From: Prorocentrum cordatum
Taxonomy: Eukaryota
Length of the DNA: 64,000 nt
Reading direction: 5' to 3'
Assembly: GCA_963575745.1 (NCBI GenBank)
Contig: CAUYUJ010000114.1
Location: 1,426,001-1,490,000, forward strand
Shown here: piece after piece, positions 57,421 to 64,000 of the stretch
How the letters are laid out: every line of letters starts with the position of its first letter
Numbering within the stretch: the first letter of the stretch is position 1
Notes under the pieces: model-generated
The model's database searches: none
What the model saw: the letters and a program-made list of their open reading frames with translations, nothing else
Told to the model about the DNA's origin: nothing
Translations under genes and position numbers: made by a program

Positions 57421-58288
57421 CCAGCTACGCCCGAGCTCACCATGCGCGGGCTCCCGAGACCACGACCCCTCGCGAAGTGCACTGAATCCGCGCCCCCGAG
57501 ACCACGATCCTGCTTGTAATGCATGCTACACTCGCGCCCCCGAGGCCAGGAACCCTCGCGAAGCATCCCATGCTGGCGTCGGCTTCGCGATCTCTAATGA
57601 CTTACGCCTTGCCCGCGCCTCCGAGGCCACGAACCTGCAAAAATTGCGCCAGACTCGCGCCCCCGAAACCACTGCCCCTGGAGAGAGAAGAAAAAAAACG
57701 AAGAAGAAGAAGAAGAAGAAGCAGAAGAAGCAGAAGAAGAAGAAGAAGAACAAGAAGAACAATAAGAACAAGAAGAACAGTAATAATAATAATAACAACA
57801 ACAATAATAATAAAAATAGTAATAATAATAATAATAACAATAATAATAAGGAACACAATCAACACAACAAAAAAACGCCCAAGTCGCGCGATCTCAAGCA
57901 ACCCCCAACCGCCCCGAGGGTGCCTCTAATACACGGCGCGAAGGGAAGTTCGGAAAACCAAAAAAACAATACTCAACAATAGGATCTGGATCTCATTTTG
58001 TCTTGGGGGCTACCGACGACCCTCGCACGAGGCTTCGATATTGCCTCACGACGGCGCCCAAGCATCCCTACATGACTCTTGTTCGCCCCATTAAGATAAA
58101 GAGGGGCGGCGGCAGAGGTCGACGCCCTTACGATTACTACGCGGAGTATATTTCGAGGGCCGACGCACCGAAAAGACTGCGAATCAGGCAAATACCAAAA
58201 AAACGCAGGCGGGATTGAGGAGGAGGAGGAGGAGGAGACGGAAGGAGGTGGGATAATGATGGAGAAGGGAGGAGGAGAGAGGAACATC

Positions 58289-58349
<61 letters not shown>

Positions 58350-58719
58350 GGAGGAGGAGGAGGAGGAGGAGGAGGAGGAGGAGGAGGGGGGAAGGATGAA
58401 TGAGGAAGGATAAAGGAGGAAGGAGGAGCATGAGGAACAGCTGGGGGAAAAATAAAATCAGGGGCCGAGGTTTCGGAGCGCCTGGGGCCAATTTCTTGAC
58501 TCCCGGGACACCTGGTCTAAGCCTCTGGGGCGCCTCCGGAGACCCCTGGGGGCCTCCTGGTGACTCCCTCTGGGAGATCTCCTGCAGGAGAAGGAGGAGG
58601 CAAAGGAAGGGGAGAACGAGAGGAGGAGAAGGAGGAGGAGGAGGATCGGAGGTTCGAGGACGAGGAGGAGGAGGAGGAGCATGGGCACCCAGAAAGAAAA
58701 CGGGAAGAAGGCAATCGGA

Positions 58720-60381
58720 CACGGTGCGAGAAGAGGGCCAGATGATGGTTTTCCCGCGCCACGGCCGCCCAAAAACTAGTTCTCTGAAGTCGTAATCGCT
58801 GATGATGGCTTGAGCATCGCGGAGAGCTGTGCGTTGAAGGACTGGCGCTCGACCCGCGGAGAGATGTGCGTTGAAGGACTGGCGCTCGACCCACACCAGC
58901 TGCTCCGCGATCGTGGTGGAGGTCAGCTGCTCGGTCGATGCAGACGCCGCAGCAGGCGGCGAAAAAGAGCTCCAGGTAGCAGAACTCGTTGATGGCGCAA
59001 CGGTGTGCGTCTTCTCGTCGGGCTCGGGCGGCAGCGCCATCTCGACGGTCCCTCTCGGCACTAGCACGTCGGCAGTCTCGCTCGGCGCGAGCTCGGTGTC
59101 GGAGTCCACGGGCTTGTCCGTGATCCGCGGGGTGGAGAGGTCGATGGCGTTCAGAACCTTCTCGAAGCCGCTACTGCACGCAGGGCTCCGAAGGCGATCG
59201 CAGAGGTCGTTGAAAAAACTCTCGAAGTGGCACGAGCTGCCCCGACGGTCAGAAAACACCTCGTGGCCTTGAAGCCGCCGTATGCGTTGCTCAAGGGAGT
59301 CGATACGCTGCTGCATCTCCAGCGCGTCGCTCTCGGTGGTTTGGCAACGCTCCTCGAACTTGTCGACGATCTTGCTCCGCGCATTGTTGACCTTGAGCGC
59401 CAGCGCAGAGAACTGCAACTTCAGCTCTTCGGCGGTGGTCTGGGGCCGCTGCATCTCTACGAACTTTCGGCGTGGATCTTCAGGAGCTGGAGGCGGTGCA
59501 GACGCCACGCGGGTCTGCATCAAGGCGGCAAGCTCGGAGCGCGCGTCGACGACCTGCTGCTGGATCTCGCTGGTCTTCGCCACCAGCTCCGTGATAACCT
59601 ACTCTTGCAGGGAGGCGATGGCGGGCTGCGTGACGTTGGAGAGCCAAGCGGATTGCTGTGTGTTGAAGGACTCGGACCGAAGCGTGAAGCACGCCTGCAG
59701 CCTGGAGTCGAGCTTCTGGTCGACCATGGAGAGGAGCGAGCCCTTGAGCGTGAGGATCTTCTCGTCATTCGTGGCGTGCAAGGTGTCGCTGAGCTGCGTG
59801 GCGTGCCGGAGAGCGGCCTCCACGGGCCCCGCGGCGCACTCCGTCTCGGGCGGGGAGGACGCGGCCAGCGAGTTCGGCTCGGGGAAGACGACGTCGCAGG
59901 CGCCCGCCCAGGAGACGCGCTGGTCAGCAGAGGGCAGAGCAGACATAGTGGGGGGTGTGGTACTGCTCGCAGGTGAGGTGCGAGATGTAGCAGTCCAGCA
60001 TTTGTGGCGAGCGATGTTGCCAGCCATGCTCTGGCGCTTGAACTCCTGCACCTCTTGCGGGGAGAGGTGGCCCTGTGCAGCCGCCGCAGCGCAGAGTTCG
60101 GAGCCGTTCCGCCTGTGGACGCCCGTCTTCGTCTCAAGAATGCGCACGTTGTCGGTCGCCTTGGCGAGCATCTTCGCCTCGCGGGATACGGCTGCTGGGA
60201 CCGTGATGCGAGCCAATGCCGGGCCAGCACGAGGGTGTAGGAAGCCTTTGTCCACCGCGCGTTGGCGGCGCGCGTCAAGGGCGGCGAGTGAAAGGCGACC
60301 GCGAGGACGTACTGGGTTGTTGAGCATCACCGCGAGTGCAACGTTGATGAAATTGAACGAGAAGACGACCCGGAACATCAT
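58720..60381 (-). pseudogene. Intronless ~550-codon ORF with one in-frame stop (59599-59601); coiled-coil protein, possibly LINE ORF1 or a retrogene
   Basis: ORF-track entries 59599..60990 and 57973..59583 share a frame; heptad-like LEMQQRIDSLEQRIRRLQ; preceded by an SL. Confidence 0.6.
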
Positions 60382-60457
60382 GCCATGGCCTCCGCGCTTG
60401 CAGTCGCCGTTCGGGTCCCTGCTCGGGTCCCGGGGCTGCGCGCGCTTGGGATTGGCT

Positions 60458-60479
60458 CTTGAGCCAAAATGGCTACGGA
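60458..60479 (-). other. Genomic copy of the dinoflagellate spliced leader (SL relic)
   Basis: Reverse complement TCCGTAGCCATTTTGGCTCAAG matches DCCGTAGCCATTTTGGCTCAAG 22/22; followed by AG, not the GT of an SL RNA gene. Confidence 0.93.
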
Positions 60480-61149
60480 AGGAGGAGGAGGAGGTGGAGG
60501 AGCAGGAGGAGGAGGACAACCGGAGGACAACGGGAGGACGAAGAGGAGGAGGAAGAGGACGATGAGAAAGAATAAAGGAGAGAGGAGGAGGAGGAGGAGG
60601 GAAAGGAGGAGGATGATGAAGACGAGGAGGAGGAGGAGGAGGAGGAGGAGGAGGAGGAGAAGGACGAGGAAGAGAGGAGGAGGAGGAGGAGGAGGAGGAG
60701 GAGGAGGAGGAGGAGGAAGTTCGAGGTTTTGTGGATCGAACCGTGGAATCGGATGCCGATGTTTGGAAGCGGAGGCCCAGGCGGCTCCAAGAGTCGAGAC
60801 CCCTTCCACCCGCCCCAGGAGGTGACGAGTGAGGAGGAGGAGGAGGAGGAGGAGGAGGAGGAGGAGGAGGAGGAGGAGGAGGAGGAAGAAGAGTCTCGTC
60901 CCAAACACATTCAAGCAACAATCCATGCCTGGTCAGGTATGCTCTGGGTTGGGATAGTGGAAATTGCCTGGGACCCCTCTCTCGCTCCACTTCAATCTGG
61001 AACCTGCCGTGCCTGTCAGAAAACAGGCACGGGCGGATGCGCCCTTTTTAGCGCTAGCGCGGGGGACGCTATGTGCGAGGCGAGGGGGGAGAAGGAGTGA
61101 GGCGAGCGAGGAGGAGTGCGAAAGAGTGAGCAGGAATGAGTAGGAGAGG

Positions 61150-61350
61150 TTCTAGGTGCTTTGCTTTTGCGGGTGCCGCTTTGGGGTATCGGGGGGCCTC
61201 TGGGTACGGTCCAAGCTTCCGCCACTCGACTCCCCACTCATCCGCCAGCGACTTGCGCGCCTCGGATGGGGCCCGCTCCTGCTTCGACTTCAGCTGCTCC
61301 ACCTCCTTGAGCAAGGCCGGGCTCTCGGTGACCTCGACCTCCGGTGTCCC
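61150..61350 (-). CDS. Possible exon (EVEVTESPALLKEVEQLKSKQE...EWRKLGPYPE)
   Basis: Protein-like composition and GC3 bias; no partner exons identified. Confidence 0.3.
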
Positions 61351-61842
61351 GCGCGCCACCGAGCATGCCGCAGCGCAGGAGCAGCTGGGACGGCAGGAGC
61401 AGCGGCGAAGGAAGACCGAGAGCAATAGGAGAATCCGACCTGTACGGTCGGGAGTTTCTCGTTCCAGGGCCTTCCTCGGAGCAGCACTGGGGCGCCCCGT
61501 ATTTTGTTATGCCTTCCCGTGGCTGGCTTCCCTCGCGCGGAGCTGGACTTTGCAAGTTTGGCGCGCAAGGGCGGAGCGGATCTTGGAGCAAAAACAATAT
61601 CGATGACACGCCGCCGCGGGAACCCATTAGCGCATTACTACTGAGAAGAAGCACCAGGCCTTCGGGTTACCAGCAGCAACGTGTGATTGATATTTTTGCT
61701 CCCTCGCCAGATCCTTGGCGTCGTCATTTTTCCACAACGTGGTTCTCCCGTGGTCTGGACCCCTTCACCTGGAACGCCCTCTCATCCCGAGCCGGTTTCT
61801 GAATGTCGTGGAGCCCGGCGAGCGCACCCGGATGCCGACAAG

Positions 61843-62035
61843 GATAATAATAATGATACCAATACTAATAATACCCAAACTCATAATAATACTGATAATA
61901 ATAATAATGATAATAATAATAATAATAATAAGAATGATAATGATAATAATACGAATAATAATAATAATAACAATAATACTAATAATAGTAATAGTAATAA
62001 TGATAATAATAATAATAATAATAATAATAATCATA
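61843..62035. repeat. (AAT)n microsatellite
   Basis: Direct reading; similar AAG/AAT tract at 57690-57850. Confidence 0.95.
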
Positions 62036-64000
62036 TTAAGAAAGAGAAGAAGAAGGAGAAGGAGGAAGAAAAAAACAAAAACAACTATATTTTTTGGCGA
62101 CGAAAACGCCGAACGGACTCCGCCGTCGTGTCGGCCACCCGCAAATGGCAGCAGGGGGAGAAGGGAAAGTTTGCACGGGCCTTGCGAACGCATGGAAAAT
62201 GACCCCCGCCCCCCACACGAAGAACTTTATAAGAATGGGACCGTCAAACGACGCGTGCACTGCAAGCAGAAACAGCCCGACGGCTAGCCAATGACAACGC
62301 CGCGCAATTCAATGCTGACGGCGCGCTGCTGCTATGCTCGCTGGCGCTTGACGAACTTGGCGTTGCTTTGCGCTGGCGCGCTTTCAATGCCCAAAATGAT
62401 TGTGCACGTTCGCGCGCTCGTGCCAGGGCAAAAACCATGGGCGCGTCGGCTCTTGGCGGCGTTGGCAAGAGCCCAGGACGGCGCCCGGGGCCCGCCCCGC
62501 AGGAACGCGCATCGAAAAGTTCATGCCCACCCCAACAGCAAAGCTCAAGCACCAGGCGGCAAAAGCGTATATAAACTCGATGTAAAATCGATCTAAACTT
62601 CTCCGAAGCGAAAAATCTCGCGCGGGAAGGCCCTGGAAAGTCCATATAGGCAACAAAAATGTTGGTATAAACGCCCAAAAAGCTTTCTATTGGAACAGCT
62701 GCCTCAAGCAAGAGAACCGCTCCCGATCTAAATTTTTCCGTCGGCGGGTTACGAGGGGGCGACGGAGGCGGGGGCGGGGGCCCGCGGCTGGGCCGGCGGC
62801 GCTGCCGTGCGAGGGACAGCGCCGCCGTCGCCTCAAAGTGCATGGCTCGGCCGTGGCACGCGCGGCCCTGGGAATGCCAGCGCGGGCGCGGCCGCGACGG
62901 GTGGGCCCAGCACGTCGCCGCGCGCGCGGGCCCTCCGTTTCGGCAGCTGCCAAAGGCCTCGCCGAAAGGGCGCCTACACTTACGCACATTCGCCATACAT
63001 GCAAAACGCGGACACGAAACATCCATACTTGCGGGGGCTGGGCTCGGCTTGTCGCTGCTCACCTTGCATCTATCGACCTAGGGCCGGCGCCTTCTAAGAA
63101 GCAGCCTCCTCCTGAAAAGCCTCCCCCCATCCCCCTACCCACGCGTTCGCGCCGCCAGGGAGGAGGGCGCGGCGCTACGGCGGGAACGACATTTTGAAAA
63201 CGGACCGCCCTCATTCCTTGAAGCTCTTGCAGACTTCGCAGACGAGTGTGCGAGGCGCTACGGCGACAGCCACTCTTTGAAAAAACGTGCCGCGTTAAGT
63301 TGTCGCACATGGTGAGTTTCAGCATCAGAAGTGGCGAGGAAGTCTCAGACAGTCGTAATGGCCGCCGCCCTGTGCGCAACGCCAATCATGATTACCGCAC
63401 GGCCCAGCATGCCGCGGCGGCGGCCGCGGCGGCGCGCGGAGCAGACGCTCCCGGCGCGCAGATCCCAGCGGCAGGATGCCGCGCGCGGCGGGAGCATGCC
63501 GGAGGCGGCAAGAGCTGCAGCAGCGGGAGGCGGCAGGAGCGGGAGGCGGCAGGAGCAGCAGGAGCTGGCGACAGCAGAAGCGAAGGTTGGTAGATCGCTC
63601 CTCCTCCTCCTCCTCCTCCTCCTCCTCCTCCTCCTCCTCCTCCTCCTTCCTCCTCCTCCTCCTCCTCCTCCTCCCCCTCCTCCTCCTCCTCCTCCTCCTC
63701 TCGCCTCCTCCCCGCCTCCTCCGCCACCTCCTGCTCCGCCTCCTCCTCCTCCGCCTCCACCTCCTCCTCCTCCTCTCCACTTCCTCCTCCTCCTCCTCCT
63801 CGCCCTCCTCCTCCTCCCCCTCCTGCTTCTCCTCCTCCTCTTGTTCTTCGTCTTGTGTTTATTCCTCTTATTGTTATTCCTCCTCATCCTCTTCTTATTA
63901 TTATTCTTAGTATGCTTCGTATTATTCGTCTTAGTAATATGATTCGCATTCTTATTCTTATTATTATTAGTATTAATAGTATTATTAGTTGTAGTATTAC

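Noticed and set aside
60458..60479. SL RNA gene
   Set aside because: The SL exon is not followed by a GT donor and SL intron; it runs into a 5' UTR and ORF
63325..63400. J-domain-like start (GGGHYDCLRLPRH)
   Set aside because: The LRLPRH part is the end of the repeat also at ~34938; no HPD motif follows

Overview
GC-rich, microsatellite-saturated eukaryotic DNA, most likely a dinoflagellate genome. The evidence is an exact 22-nt dinoflagellate spliced leader (SL) at 60458-60479, GC- and GA-donor introns, and all recognisable host exons on one strand; a Prorocentrum-like source is a guess. Most ORFs in the supplied track are artefacts of (CCT)n, (CAT)n, (AAC)n, (CA)n and similar repeats. Real content: (1) a spliced minus-strand gene (~21.1-30.7 kb) for a protein with two tandem SAM-dependent methyltransferase domains, a probable signal peptide and C-terminal RVEL. 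All six introns I could resolve are bounded by 5-10 bp direct repeats and enclose an element reading TC...A on the sense strand. Several have terminal inverted repeats (TIRs) and free relatives elsewhere in the window, i.e. Introner-type transposon-derived introns, some later enlarged by nested insertions. (2) Scattered exons of two more minus-strand genes. (3) A decayed LINE ORF2 (endonuclease end, RT, zinc knuckle, RNase H) and, upstream on the same strand, an SL-capped ~550-codon ORF with a HEPN-like motif and coiled coil. (4) A second LINE RNase H fragment. (5) Many non-autonomous MITE-like families, often nested, plus minisatellites. All calls were made by eye without database searches.
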